A stretch of DNA of 30,677 bases, from contig CANIFK010000001.1 in the NCBI GenBank assembly GCA_947466555.1, positions 1 through 30,677 on the forward strand. Direction: 5' to 3'. The notes beneath the pieces were generated by a model. That model worked only from the letters and a program-made list of their open reading frames with translations. It was not told the DNA's origin and did no database searches. This DNA is from Acidobacteriota bacterium (GTDB lineage Bacteria > Acidobacteriota > Terriglobia > Bryobacterales > Bryobacteraceae). This document shows positions 1-9,066 of the stretch, piece by piece (the stretch's first letter is position 1; every line of letters begins with the position of its first letter). A program made the translations under genes and the position numbers.

Positions 1-2
1 CC

Positions 3-239
3 GGCGGCCTGGCGAGCGGCAGCCCGCTTTCCATTCCGACGTTGCCGTACTCGGCGACGCTGGACGGCGCTCCGGTTTCGATTGCCTTCCTGGGTATGAC
101 GCCGGGCCAGATCGCACTCGGTCAGGCAAACATTCAGATTCCGCGGGAGACCAAACCCGGTACGTATCCACTGGTGATCCGGATCGGTGACACTTCCAGC
201 AACGGGCCGCTACTTACCGTCACTGCGCCACGTCCATGA
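3..239 (+). CDS. 3' fragment of a secreted protein ending in a Solibacter-type C-terminal Ig-like domain (TIGR03437-like); 5'-truncated by window edge
   Basis: Frame 3 is open from the window start: GGLASGSPLSIPTLPYSATLDGAPVSIAFLGMTPGQIALGQANIQIPRETKPGTYPLVIRIGDTSSNGPLLTV. This matches the pattern 'V.F.G..PG...L.Q.N..IP....G..P.VI..G...SN' that I recall for this family. The stop overlaps the next start (ATGA). Confidence 0.75.
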   Translation, partial: GGLASGSPLSIPTLPYSATLDGAPVSIAFLGMTPGQIALGQANIQIPRETKPGTYPLVIRIGDTSSNGPLLTVTAPRP

Positions 240-1210
240 ACACTCGGGCCAATTGGCGGTTGATTCTTGCAATTGCCGCCATCTTTCTGTCGTTGGGCGT
301 CGGGTTTACTCTGGCGACCACCAACAGCGAGGGAAGCCGTCCCAGCGGCTTCCCGGGGGCCGTCACGGTTGCGGTGCAGCCCGTTACAGTTCTGGTGACG
401 ACGAAGTCTGGCGGCGTTGTCGCTGAGGTATTTGGAAAGCCTGGAGACCATGTCGCCAAGGGTAGCCTTCTGCTTCGTTTGGAGACTGGCCCGCTGGGCG
501 AGCAGCGGCGTAACCTAGCCTCCGCGTTACGGGTGACTCGCGCAGCGCTGCAATCGTCGAAGGAGCTTTCGGTGCTTCCCGCGGGGCTTCGGTCAGCGTT
601 GATTGAGGTTCACCCGGATGTGACGGCGGCCGAGGATCGTTACGTTCGCGCGGTTGCTGTGCTCGATCGGGCACGATCGTCATCGGCACAAGCGGAATGG
701 AATCAAGCCGCCGCCGAACGGACTCTGGTTCGGGAGCGTCTCAGCCGTTCGCTCTCCGCTACGGGCGCGGCGGGCGATCTGGCGCCGATGATTCCCTTGC
801 TCGAAGGCCGGATCCGGGACATCGACCAGATCCTGGCAGATAGCGACGTACGCGCGACGACCGATGGTGTGATCGATATTCTGGATCTCCGTGCCGGAGA
901 TCGTTTGCTGCCGGGCGGCGCGGCGGCGATTTTGTTGCTCGCGGGCGAGTATTTCTGCGAGTTTCCCGTGCCCGTCGCGGACTCTGGCGCGCTGCGGGCC
1001 GGGCTGGAATCCGGTGGTACGATTGGCCCGGGCCGGGAGGCAATCCGATGGCGCGTTGATCGGCTCGGGTTGCGAACGATTCCCGTTGGGTTACGGGAGA
1101 ACCGGCAGGTGGCGCAGGAGACGCTGGTGCGCGCGCGGTTTTCGGCGGGTGAGGGCGTGCGTGGGTCGATGGCGGTGCTGGAACTTCCCAGGGTTCGGTT
1201 GGCGCAATGA
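236..1210 (+). CDS. HlyD/membrane-fusion family periplasmic adaptor
   Basis: N-terminal TM segment, lipoyl half-motifs (SGGVVAEVFGKPGDHVAKGSLLLRL; VRATTDGVIDILDLRAGDRL) flanking a helical hairpin. Lies directly upstream of ABC genes. Confidence 0.8.
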   Translation: MNTRANWRLILAIAAIFLSLGVGFTLATTNSEGSRPSGFPGAVTVAVQPVTVLVTTKSGGVVAEVFGKPGDHVAKGSLLLRLETGPLGEQRRNLASALRVTRAALQSSKELSVLPAGLRSALIEVHPDVTAAEDRYVRAVAVLDRARSSSAQAEWNQAAAERTLVRERLSRSLSATGAAGDLAPMIPLLEGRIRDIDQILADSDVRATTDGVIDILDLRAGDRLLPGGAAAILLLAGEYFCEFPVPVADSGALRAGLESGGTIGPGREAIRWRVDRLGLRTIPVGLRENRQVAQETLVRARFSAGEGVRGSMAVLELPRVRLAQ

Positions 1211-1845
1211 GCGTTCCGGCGGTTTCGGTTCGCGGCGTTTCGAAGAAATTCGGGGCGAATGTTGTACTCAGCGGCGTGGATATCGAGATCGCGCCGGGCG
1301 AGATATTTGGGATGTTCGGTGCGAATGGGTGCGGGAAGTCAACGCTGCTGCGCATCCTCGCGGGCGCGATTCTTCCGACGAGCGGAACGGTGGCCATCCA
1401 GGGCGTCGCCGGATACGTGGCGCAACGGTTCAGCCTCTATCAGGACCTGTCGGTGGAGGAGAACCTGTCGTTCTATGCGCGTTGCTATCGGCCCGGCGAC
1501 GACACGCTTCGCGCGGATATCGACGCGGTGATCGAGCGATTCGGACTCACGCCGTTTCGCGGCAAGCGGACCGGGTTGCTGTCCCACGGTTGGAAGCAGC
1601 GGGTGGCGATCGCTTCGGCGCTGTGCCACAAGCCTTCGGTCTTGCTGCTCGACGAAGTGACCGCAGGGATCGATCCCGACGCGCGGGATGATATGTGGAC
1701 GATTCTGGCGGACGCTTCGCGCTCCGGTACCGCCATAATCCTGACGACCCATTTCACGGATGAGGCCCGCCATTGCCATCGCACAGGGTATCTGCGCGAT
1801 GGGTTGCTGGGTCCCGGGCCGAAGACAGGCGGGGGGATCGGCTGA
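1207..1845 (+). CDS. ABC transporter ATP-binding protein (ABC-2/YbhF-like, single NBD)
   Basis: Walker A GANGCGKST, signature LSHGWKQR, Walker B LLLDE, switch TTH. ATGA overlap with the upstream gene. Confidence 0.93.
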   Translation: MSVPAVSVRGVSKKFGANVVLSGVDIEIAPGEIFGMFGANGCGKSTLLRILAGAILPTSGTVAIQGVAGYVAQRFSLYQDLSVEENLSFYARCYRPGDDTLRADIDAVIERFGLTPFRGKRTGLLSHGWKQRVAIASALCHKPSVLLLDEVTAGIDPDARDDMWTILADASRSGTAIILTTHFTDEARHCHRTGYLRDGLLGPGPKTGGGIG

Positions 1846-2966
1846 TGCATCGGATGCTTGCGGTCCTTTCCAAAGAGTTCCGGCACATGCTGCACGATCC
1901 GGTGACACTGGTATTGACCTTCGGATTGCCTGTGGTGCAACTGCTTCTTTATGGGTTTGCGCTGGAGACGCGGGTGCAGCACGTTCCGACGGCGTTGCTG
2001 AATTTCGATCATCACGCCACGGGCGAATTGCTGGCCCAGCGGATCTCGCAATCGTCGTTGTTTTCGCTGAAGGGTCCCTACCAGAGCGAGCAGGAAGCCG
2101 TTGCCGCACTGCGGCGCGGGGATGTTCGAGTCGCTATCGAAATCCCGTCCGGCTATACCGCGAACCTGATGTATCTGCGCAAGGCGAGCGTGCGCGTTTG
2201 GGTGGACGGGGCGGATGCGACTACCTCGACTTTTCTTTTGACCGCGCTTGATTCTCTCGGCCTGGAAGCCACGATGGAGCAGATTCGGGCGCTGCGGACG
2301 GCCTCCGCGGTTGAGGCCGGCGTGACCATCGAATCGAACGTCTTGTCCAACCCAAGCGGACGTACCGTGGCGTATCTGATTCCCGGTTTGCTGGCGATTT
2401 TGATTCAGACGATTGTGACTGTGCTGATGGCGCTATCGTTTGCTTCCGAGCGGGAGTCCGGGACGCTGGAGCAGATGCTGGTTACGCCGCTGGGGCGCGG
2501 GGCGATCATTGCCGGTAAAGCGACCGCCATCGCGATGGTCGGACTGACTGAAACCGCGTTCCTGGTTCTGCTGATGCGGTATGTTTTCGCGATTCCCATC
2601 ATGGGGAGTCTGGGGCTCTTTCTTTGCTTTGTGCCGCTCCTGGTGCTGATTCCGCTGGGGCTGGGCCTGTTTGTCGCTGCGCATTCCCATAATCATTCGC
2701 AAGCGATTCAGTTTGCGAACGTGATTCTGTTGCCTTCCATTCTGCTGTCCGGTTTTGTCTTCCCGCGCGAGTTCCTGAAGTTTCCGTTTGACCGGGTCAG
2801 CAGTTTTCTACCTGCTTCGTACCTTGTCGCGCTGAGCCGAGATATCATCCTGCGCGGCACGTCGGCGGCCGATCTTCTGCCGAAACTCGCCATTACCGGC
2901 GGGTTTGCGCTGGTGATGATGGTTGTTGGCTATTTGGCTGTGCGCCGTTCACTTGGGGTGCGCTAG
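1845..2966 (+). CDS. ABC-2 type permease (YbhS/YbhR-like)
   Basis: Start moved to the TGATG overlap at 1845 (MHRMLAVLSKEFRHMLHDP). One N-terminal TM, an extracellular domain, then ERESGTLEQMLVTP and 5 TMs. Confidence 0.9.
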   Translation: MHRMLAVLSKEFRHMLHDPVTLVLTFGLPVVQLLLYGFALETRVQHVPTALLNFDHHATGELLAQRISQSSLFSLKGPYQSEQEAVAALRRGDVRVAIEIPSGYTANLMYLRKASVRVWVDGADATTSTFLLTALDSLGLEATMEQIRALRTASAVEAGVTIESNVLSNPSGRTVAYLIPGLLAILIQTIVTVLMALSFASERESGTLEQMLVTPLGRGAIIAGKATAIAMVGLTETAFLVLLMRYVFAIPIMGSLGLFLCFVPLLVLIPLGLGLFVAAHSHNHSQAIQFANVILLPSILLSGFVFPREFLKFPFDRVSSFLPASYLVALSRDIILRGTSAADLLPKLAITGGFALVMMVVGYLAVRRSLGVR

Positions 2967-2969
2967 GCT

Positions 2970-4316
2970 TCAGGCGATGAGGGCGGGGACGGTGCGGCCG
3001 TGGATATCGGGCAGGGTGAAATCGCGGCCGGAGTAGCGGTAGGTCAGTTTGGTGTGGTCGATGCCGAGTAACTGAAGGACTGTGGCGTGTAAGTCGTGAA
3101 CAGTAACTACGTTTTCGACGGCGTGGTTGCCGAGTTCGTCGGTGGCACCATAAATGAGTCCCTTTTTCGAGCCGCCGCCGGCGAGCCAGATGGTGAACCC
3201 GAAGGGGTGGTGGTCGCGGCCGTCGCCGTTGCCGGTGTCGGGCGTGCGACCGAATTCGCCGGCCCAGATGATGAGGGTTTCGTCGAGAAGGCCGCGGGAC
3301 TTCAGGTCTTTGATGAGGGCTGTTACGCCTTGATCGGTGACCAGGGCGTTCGTCTGGTGGCCCTCGCGGAGTTTGTCGTGCTGATCCCAGGTGCCATTGT
3401 TGCCGCCGTAGAGGTTGGGCGGGGTGATCTCAACGAAGCGAACCCCGGATTCAATGAGCCGGCGGGCACGGAGGCATTGCAGGGAATAAGCCCGCTGGTG
3501 CTCGTTCTTGCTGTTGAGGCCGTATAACTCTTTGGTGGCTTCGGACTCTTTAGAGAGATCGAGAACGTCTGGCGTGAGGGCCTGCATGCGGTACGCCATT
3601 TCGCCGTTTTTGATGGCGGTTTCGATGGCGTCGTTATTGTGGGACTTGGCGAGGAAGGCGCGGTCCTGGGCGGCGAGGGCTTGGAGTTGGGCTCGTTGAA
3701 TGGGATCGGCCGCGGCGGGGACGATGTTTTCGACGGGGACGCCATCGGCACGGACGGACATGGCCTGGTGGGTGGCGGGGAGGAACCCGTTGGAGAAGTT
3801 TTCGAGGCCGCCGGGCGGGTTATCGCCGTGATTCAGTAGTAAGTAGCCAGGTAAGTTTTTGTTGGTGGAGCCGAGGCCGTAATTGACCCAGGAGCCGAGG
3901 GAAGGGAAGCCGCCGAAGTTCCGGCCGGTGTGGAGGAAGACGTTGGCGCGGGCGTGGAGCGGGAACTCCGATTTCATGCTGCGGACGACGCAGAGTTCGT
4001 CGGCGACGGTGGCGATGTGGGGGAAGAGTTCGCTGACGGGCAAGCCGGATTGGCCGTATTGCTTGAACTTCCAGGGGGAGCCGAGGTATTTGCGTTTGGG
4101 ACCGGAGACGTAGCTTTCCAGTTTTGCCTGCTGGCCGTCAAGCTGGGTCAACTTCGGTTTGGGGTCGAAGGTGTCCATGTGGGAAACGCCGCCGGGCATG
4201 AAGAGGAAGATGACGTTCTTGGCTTTGTGCTTCTGGACGGACTGGGCGTGGAGTGCCTGGAAGGCAAGGTAGCCGAAGCCGTTGGAGGCGGATTGGAGGA
4301 GTTGGCGGCGGGTCAT
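2970..4316 (-). CDS. DUF1501 family protein (Tat-exported, alkaline-phosphatase/sulfatase-like fold)
   Basis: Tat signal MTRRQLL. Family motifs VIFLFMPGGVSHMDTFDPKP, CLRARRLIESGVRFVE, WDQH, GEFGRTP, GRDHHP, DLHATVLQLLGID. Confidence 0.92.
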   Translation of the reverse strand: MTRRQLLQSASNGFGYLAFQALHAQSVQKHKAKNVIFLFMPGGVSHMDTFDPKPKLTQLDGQQAKLESYVSGPKRKYLGSPWKFKQYGQSGLPVSELFPHIATVADELCVVRSMKSEFPLHARANVFLHTGRNFGGFPSLGSWVNYGLGSTNKNLPGYLLLNHGDNPPGGLENFSNGFLPATHQAMSVRADGVPVENIVPAAADPIQRAQLQALAAQDRAFLAKSHNNDAIETAIKNGEMAYRMQALTPDVLDLSKESEATKELYGLNSKNEHQRAYSLQCLRARRLIESGVRFVEITPPNLYGGNNGTWDQHDKLREGHQTNALVTDQGVTALIKDLKSRGLLDETLIIWAGEFGRTPDTGNGDGRDHHPFGFTIWLAGGGSKKGLIYGATDELGNHAVENVVTVHDLHATVLQLLGIDHTKLTYRYSGRDFTLPDIHGRTVPALIA

Positions 4317-4328
4317 CAGCTTGTTGCT

Positions 4329-4334
4329 ATTGTA
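4329..4334 (-). promoter_or_regulatory. Candidate -10 hexamer (TACAAT) for the SD-less DUF1501 gene
   Basis: The 21-nt intergenic region reads acaTACAATagcaacaagctgATG on the minus strand. No SD and no convincing -35. Confidence 0.35.
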
Positions 4335-4337
4335 TGT

Positions 4338-5450
4338 TCAGATTGAGCCGTCCGCCAGATCCTGCGGGTAGAGGGACTCGATGTTGTCGCGGGTGAGGAC
4401 CTTCATTTTGGCGAAGAGGGCGGGGACGGTGGCCTTTTTCTCCAGCATGGGTGCGACGAGTTTCCACAACTGATTGCCGTAGTCTTCGGGTCCGAAGCCG
4501 ATGGCGCCAGCGAGGGGGCTGTCGGGGCGCCGGAGTTCGCGACGAATGTCGATGGCGCCCCCGAAACTCCAGACCTGCCAGAGACGGGCGCGGCCGGCCT
4601 CTTCGATGGCCTGGATGGCGCCCATGGCTGCCGGGTCACTGACACACACGACGATCCCGCGACGGAGGCGGGAGGAGCGCATTCTGGCGCGGAGGAGGCG
4701 GAGTCCGGTTTCAAAGGAGCCACGGCTATCGAGGCGTGTGAGCTGCAGTTCTTTGGCCCGGGGGGAGCGCTTCTCAAATGACTGGAGGAATCCGCTGAGG
4801 CGGGCGGCGGGGAGGGAGCCGAAGTGGATGTTGCCGACCAGGATGACTTCCTCAATGGGTTCTGCGGGTAGGAGTCGCCAGGCGGTCTGGCCGGCCATGA
4901 CCCCGGCGGCATAGTTATCGGCGCCGAAATAGGAGGCGCCGGCGATGGTCATGTCGATGGAGATGAGTGGAATACCGGAGCCATGAAAGAGGCTGGCCAG
5001 TTCGGGGCCGGTGTCGGATGCGGCTTGGAAGATGATCGCGACATCGACCTTCTCGCGAAGCATTCGCTGGGCGTTGCGGACGGTTTGGGAGACGCTGCCG
5101 CGATTGTCGAAGGAAAGGAGTTCGGCGTGGTGGGCGGCGGCGGTTTGGGTGATTGACTCGGTGACAGAGCGGGGGAAGGGAAGGCGATTGTCGCGGGAGG
5201 CGTAGCCGATGCGCGGGATGCGTTGTTCGCCGGTGGAGAAGAGGAGCGCGGCGGTATATCGGCCCGGGGACGGCTGGGTGACCCAGCCGTGGTGTTCGAG
5301 GGTCCGGAGGATGCGGAGGACGGTGGCTTTGTTGATTCCGGACTGGCGTGAGAGTTCGACAAGGGTCGTGGATTCACCGGGCAATTGCTGGAGGCGGGTG
5401 AAGACGTCGATCGCTCGTTCCAGATTGGTCAGGAGATAGGACGACGGCAT
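4338..5450 (-). CDS. Transcriptional regulator: IclR-type wHTH fused to a LacI/periplasmic-binding-protein-like sugar sensor domain
   Basis: N-terminus NLERAIDVF...TLVELSRQSGINKATVLRILRTLEHHGWV is an IclR HTH. C-terminal FDNRGSVSQTVRNAQRML...IPLISID...FGADNYAAGVMAG is a PBP type I fold. Start placed at 5450 because the upstream 9 codons overlap the operator and the -10. Confidence 0.85.
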   Translation of the reverse strand: MPSSYLLTNLERAIDVFTRLQQLPGESTTLVELSRQSGINKATVLRILRTLEHHGWVTQPSPGRYTAALLFSTGEQRIPRIGYASRDNRLPFPRSVTESITQTAAAHHAELLSFDNRGSVSQTVRNAQRMLREKVDVAIIFQAASDTGPELASLFHGSGIPLISIDMTIAGASYFGADNYAAGVMAGQTAWRLLPAEPIEEVILVGNIHFGSLPAARLSGFLQSFEKRSPRAKELQLTRLDSRGSFETGLRLLRARMRSSRLRRGIVVCVSDPAAMGAIQAIEEAGRARLWQVWSFGGAIDIRRELRRPDSPLAGAIGFGPEDYGNQLWKLVAPMLEKKATVPALFAKMKVLTRDNIESLYPQDLADGSI

Positions 5451-5467
5451 GGTTCTGTGAAAGAACC
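5451..5467. promoter_or_regulatory. Operator O1, palindrome GGTTCT-GTGAA-AGAACC
   Basis: Perfect 6-bp inverted repeat with a 5-bp spacer, abutting the regulator start codon. A second copy lies at 5539. Confidence 0.75.
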
Positions 5468-5476
5468 ACTCTATCA
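5468..5476 (-). promoter_or_regulatory. Candidate extended -10 (TGA-TAGAGT) of the regulator gene
   Basis: TGn-TAnnnT lying immediately upstream of O1, so O1 would cover the transcription start. Confidence 0.45.
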
Positions 5477-5538
5477 TTCAGGCGGAGGATTACCAGGGTG
5501 CTCTTCGTAAAGTGCGTAGGAAAGTGTCGCAACTGGTC

Positions 5539-5555
5539 GGTTCTATCAGCGAACC
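5539..5555. promoter_or_regulatory. Operator O2, palindrome GGTTCT-ATCAG-CGAACC
   Basis: Same length and arms as O1 (11 of 12 arm positions identical), about 10 bp upstream of the putative -35 of the receptor gene. Confidence 0.7.
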
Positions 5556-5565
5556 CTTTTCTCGG

Positions 5566-5595
5566 TTGCGTTGTGGTTGTTCTGTCTGTTACCTT
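5566..5595 (+). promoter_or_regulatory. Candidate sigma70 promoter of TonB-dependent receptor 1
   Basis: TTGCGT (5566-5571), 18 bp, then TACCTT (5590-5595) preceded by TGn. SD GAGGTG before ATG 5623. Confidence 0.4.
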
Positions 5596-5622
5596 TGCCC
5601 AATTCCCAGGTGAGGTGTCTCC

Positions 5623-8600
5623 ATGTTCATGAGAATGATTGCAGCGGCGGCGGTGTTGACCGGCCTGATCGGTGGTTTGCACGCGCAGACCGTGAGTGGT
5701 TCGATTGTCGGTTCCGTTCAGGATCCGAGCGGATCGGCGGTGCCGGGGGGCGATGTGAAGCTGAAGTCCGTGGACACGGGCGTTGAGCGGAGCTCGAAGG
5801 GATCGCCAACGGGCGACTTCGCGTTCCGAAACATTCCGCCGGGAGAGTACACGCTGAGTGTGACGGCGCAAGGATTCCGAAGACTCGAGCGGAAGGGACT
5901 GGTGCTGAGCCAATCGGAGACGCTGGCGACAGGCATCAGCACGCTGGAAGTGGGCGCGGTGACCGATACGGTGACGGTGACGACGCAGGGTGCGGTGGTG
6001 CAGACGGCGAGCAGCGAGCGCGGGAGCGTGATCACGGCGAGCCAGGTGGAGCGGATTCCGGTGCGCGGGCGCAATGCGTGGGACCTGATGCAACTGATGC
6101 CGGGGACGGTGCCCGCGGCGGCGACGAATGAGTCGATTTCTCGCAATACGCGCCTGAATGTGAATGGCGGCCGGATCAACTCATTGAGCGTTGTTGTGGA
6201 CGGAATGGGGATGAACCAAATCGGGAACTTCGCCAATCAATTGATGAACATCAGTATGGACGCGGTCGAAGAGGTGAAGGTCCTGATGTCGAACTATCAG
6301 GCCGAGTACGGCCGGACATCCGGGGCGGAGGTGCAGTTGGCGACCAAGTCCGGCAAGCGGGAGTTCCACGGGCTGTTCAGCTACTTCAAACGGCATGAAC
6401 AGTTCAATGCCAACAGTTTCTTCAACAACCGGAACGGACAGGTGAAGGGCCGGTACCGGTTCAACACGTTCAACTACAACATCGGTGGGCCTATCTTCAT
6501 TCCGGGGAAATTCAATACCGAAAAGAACAAGCTGTTCTTCTTCTTTTCGCAGGAGTTCTGGCCGGTAACGACGACTAGCTCGGGCCGGCTGACGATGCCG
6601 ACGGAACTGGAGCGAGCAGGGAACTACTCGCAAACGGTGGACCTGAATAACGCGTTGATTCCGATCCTTGATCCCACGTCCCGGCAGCCGATGCCGGGCA
6701 ATATCATCCCGGCGAGCCGGATCGATGGCAGCGGCCAGGCCTTGCTGAAAGTGTTCCCGCTGCCGAACTTCACGAACCGCCAGATTTCGGGTGGGAACTA
6801 CAACTACATCTTTAATGCCGAGACTGCGACGCCGCAGCGATTCGGAACGGCGCGCATTGACTACAACATCAGTGCGAAGCATCAGCTATACGGCACGTAT
6901 TCGTTCTATCTGGACCGGCAGACCGGGTGGCAGGTGGCAACGACGAGCGCCAACTGGAATCAATTGCCGCGGACCTACTGGACGGATCCGAAGCTGCTGG
7001 TGGTGCGCTACAACATGATCATTACGCCTACGCTGGTGAACGAATTGACTGTCGGGGCGAACGGGCGGAAGGAGGGCGAGGACATTGCCGCCGACGCCCT
7101 GGCGCAGAGCACGCGGAGCAAGATCGGCTTTACGGCCGGACAGTTCAGCCCCGGCGTGAACCCGTTGGGGCTGATTCCGAACGCCACGTTTGGCGGCGTT
7201 CCCGGGGCGGCGAATCTGTTTATGGACAACCGGACGCCGTTGCTTTCGACGCGACTGAATGTGCCGATCAGCGACAACATTACGAAGATCAAAGGCGGGC
7301 ACGTGTTTAAAGCCGGCTTTGTGGCGGAGCGGATTTTCGCCACCGCCAACGCGGCCAACCCATTCAATGGCAGCTACTCGTTCGCACGCGACGTGAACAA
7401 TCCGCTGGATACCGGGTACGCCTATAGCAACGCCTCTTTCGGTGTGTTCAGCTCGTACACGGAGCAACTGCGGCGGAATACGAATACGCAGTGGTTTACC
7501 TACGTGGAAGGGTATGTGCAGGATACGTGGAAGGTGAACAAGCACCTGACGCTCGACTATGGGTTGCGGTTCTCGCACCTGGGCAACGAGATTTTGCGTG
7601 GGAATATGGTGTCCACGTTCAACGCCGATTTCTGGGATCCGGCGAAGGCTGTGAAGCTGGTGCAGCCGGCGATCGTCGGCGGGCGTCGTGTGGGCCAGGA
7701 TCCGATTACGAAGGCGGTGTATCCGGCGACGGCGATTGGCGCGATCGCGCCGAACTCCGGGGATCCGGCGAATGGCATGGTGATCCCGGCGATCAATAAG
7801 TCCTATCCCGGTTCACTGATCGACACGCCGGCGGTGCTGGTGGCGCCCCGGTTTGGTTTTGCCTATGACCCGTGGGGCGACGGCAAGACGGCGGTGCGCG
7901 GCGGCGTGGGGCTGTTTAACCAGCGGAAGGACAACGCCTGGGGCGGACCGAATCCGCAGGTGCCGATCATCACTACGCCGACGGTTTACTACGGCACCCT
8001 TTCGACGTTGCTCTCTTCGACCGGGTTCACGTTCCCTTCGACGATCACTTCGGTGAAGCGGGATTCCAAGTCGCCGTACGCGATGAACGCGAGCCTTTCG
8101 GTCCAGCGGAATATCGGGTTTGGGACGGTGGTTGACGTTGCCTATGTGGGGACGTTCGGGCGGCATTTGGAGTGGGTGCGGGATCTGAACGCGATTCCGA
8201 TTGGGACGAATTTCAATCCGCGGAATGCGGATCCGACAAATGCCGCTGTGCCGTTGCCCTCGGCGTTTTTGCGGAAGTATCCGGGTTTCAACAACATTAA
8301 CCAGGCCGACTGGGCGGCCAACTCCAGCTACCACTCGTTGCAGGTGACGGCGAATCGCCGCTTTGCGAAGGGCCTGCAGTTTGGAGGGGCGTGGACGTGG
8401 TCGAAGGCGATGGGGTACGTGGATACCGACGGGTCCGCAGTCAGCGCGCTGGTGGATCCCAAGATCTGGAACTACTCGGTGGCCGGGTTTGACCGTACGC
8501 ATGTGCTGAAGCTGAACTACCTGTGGGAGGTGCCGGGCGGACCGTGGAAGAACCTGGCAGCCAAGCATGTGCTGCACGGGTGGCAGTTGTCCGGGATCAC

Positions 8601-9051
8601 CAGTTTCGTGACCGGTGCGCCGCTGGGCGTAGGGTACAACCTGGTGGTAAATCGGGACATTACGGGTACGCCGGATTTGGGCGCGCGCCTCAACGTACTG
8701 TCGAACCCGAATCTGCCGAAGGATCAGAAAACGTTCGGCCGGAATTTTAACACCGATGTCTTTGCACCGCCCGCGGTTGGCGCGATTGGCAACTCGGCGA
8801 AGTACCTGATTCGCGGACCCGGCGTGAACAACTTCGACATTTCGATGATCAAGAGCATTGCGGTGCGGGAGCCGTTCAAGGTGCAGTTGCGGTGCGAAGT
8901 CTACAACGCGTTCAATCACACGCAGTTCACGGCGATTGATACGACGGCGCGATTCGATGCGCAGTCGCGCCAGGTGAACGGGACGTTCGGGCAGTATACG
9001 GCGGCCAGCAATCCGCGGCTGATGCAGATTGCGATCCGGGCGCAGTTTTAG
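5623..9051 (+). CDS. TonB-dependent receptor 1 (carboxypeptidase-regulatory-like N-domain + plug + Oar-like barrel)
   Basis: Signal peptide, then GSIVGSVQDPSGSAVPG and plug motif EEVKVLMSNYQAEYGRTSGAEVQLATKSG. C-terminal PRLMQIAIRAQF with terminal Phe. 1142 aa. Confidence 0.93.
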   Translation: MFMRMIAAAAVLTGLIGGLHAQTVSGSIVGSVQDPSGSAVPGGDVKLKSVDTGVERSSKGSPTGDFAFRNIPPGEYTLSVTAQGFRRLERKGLVLSQSETLATGISTLEVGAVTDTVTVTTQGAVVQTASSERGSVITASQVERIPVRGRNAWDLMQLMPGTVPAAATNESISRNTRLNVNGGRINSLSVVVDGMGMNQIGNFANQLMNISMDAVEEVKVLMSNYQAEYGRTSGAEVQLATKSGKREFHGLFSYFKRHEQFNANSFFNNRNGQVKGRYRFNTFNYNIGGPIFIPGKFNTEKNKLFFFFSQEFWPVTTTSSGRLTMPTELERAGNYSQTVDLNNALIPILDPTSRQPMPGNIIPASRIDGSGQALLKVFPLPNFTNRQISGGNYNYIFNAETATPQRFGTARIDYNISAKHQLYGTYSFYLDRQTGWQVATTSANWNQLPRTYWTDPKLLVVRYNMIITPTLVNELTVGANGRKEGEDIAADALAQSTRSKIGFTAGQFSPGVNPLGLIPNATFGGVPGAANLFMDNRTPLLSTRLNVPISDNITKIKGGHVFKAGFVAERIFATANAANPFNGSYSFARDVNNPLDTGYAYSNASFGVFSSYTEQLRRNTNTQWFTYVEGYVQDTWKVNKHLTLDYGLRFSHLGNEILRGNMVSTFNADFWDPAKAVKLVQPAIVGGRRVGQDPITKAVYPATAIGAIAPNSGDPANGMVIPAINKSYPGSLIDTPAVLVAPRFGFAYDPWGDGKTAVRGGVGLFNQRKDNAWGGPNPQVPIITTPTVYYGTLSTLLSSTGFTFPSTITSVKRDSKSPYAMNASLSVQRNIGFGTVVDVAYVGTFGRHLEWVRDLNAIPIGTNFNPRNADPTNAAVPLPSAFLRKYPGFNNINQADWAANSSYHSLQVTANRRFAKGLQFGGAWTWSKAMGYVDTDGSAVSALVDPKIWNYSVAGFDRTHVLKLNYLWEVPGGPWKNLAAKHVLHGWQLSGITSFVTGAPLGVGYNLVVNRDITGTPDLGARLNVLSNPNLPKDQKTFGRNFNTDVFAPPAVGAIGNSAKYLIRGPGVNNFDISMIKSIAVREPFKVQLRCEVYNAFNHTQFTAIDTTARFDAQSRQVNGTFGQYTAASNPRLMQIAIRAQF

Positions 9052-9066
9052 AGGAGGCCGGCACGC

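Noticed and set aside
5578-5594. Possible third operator TGTTCT-GTCTG-TTACCT
   Set aside because: The left arm is similar but the right arm does not match AGAACC at the required spacing. It overlaps the -10 and may be coincidental.
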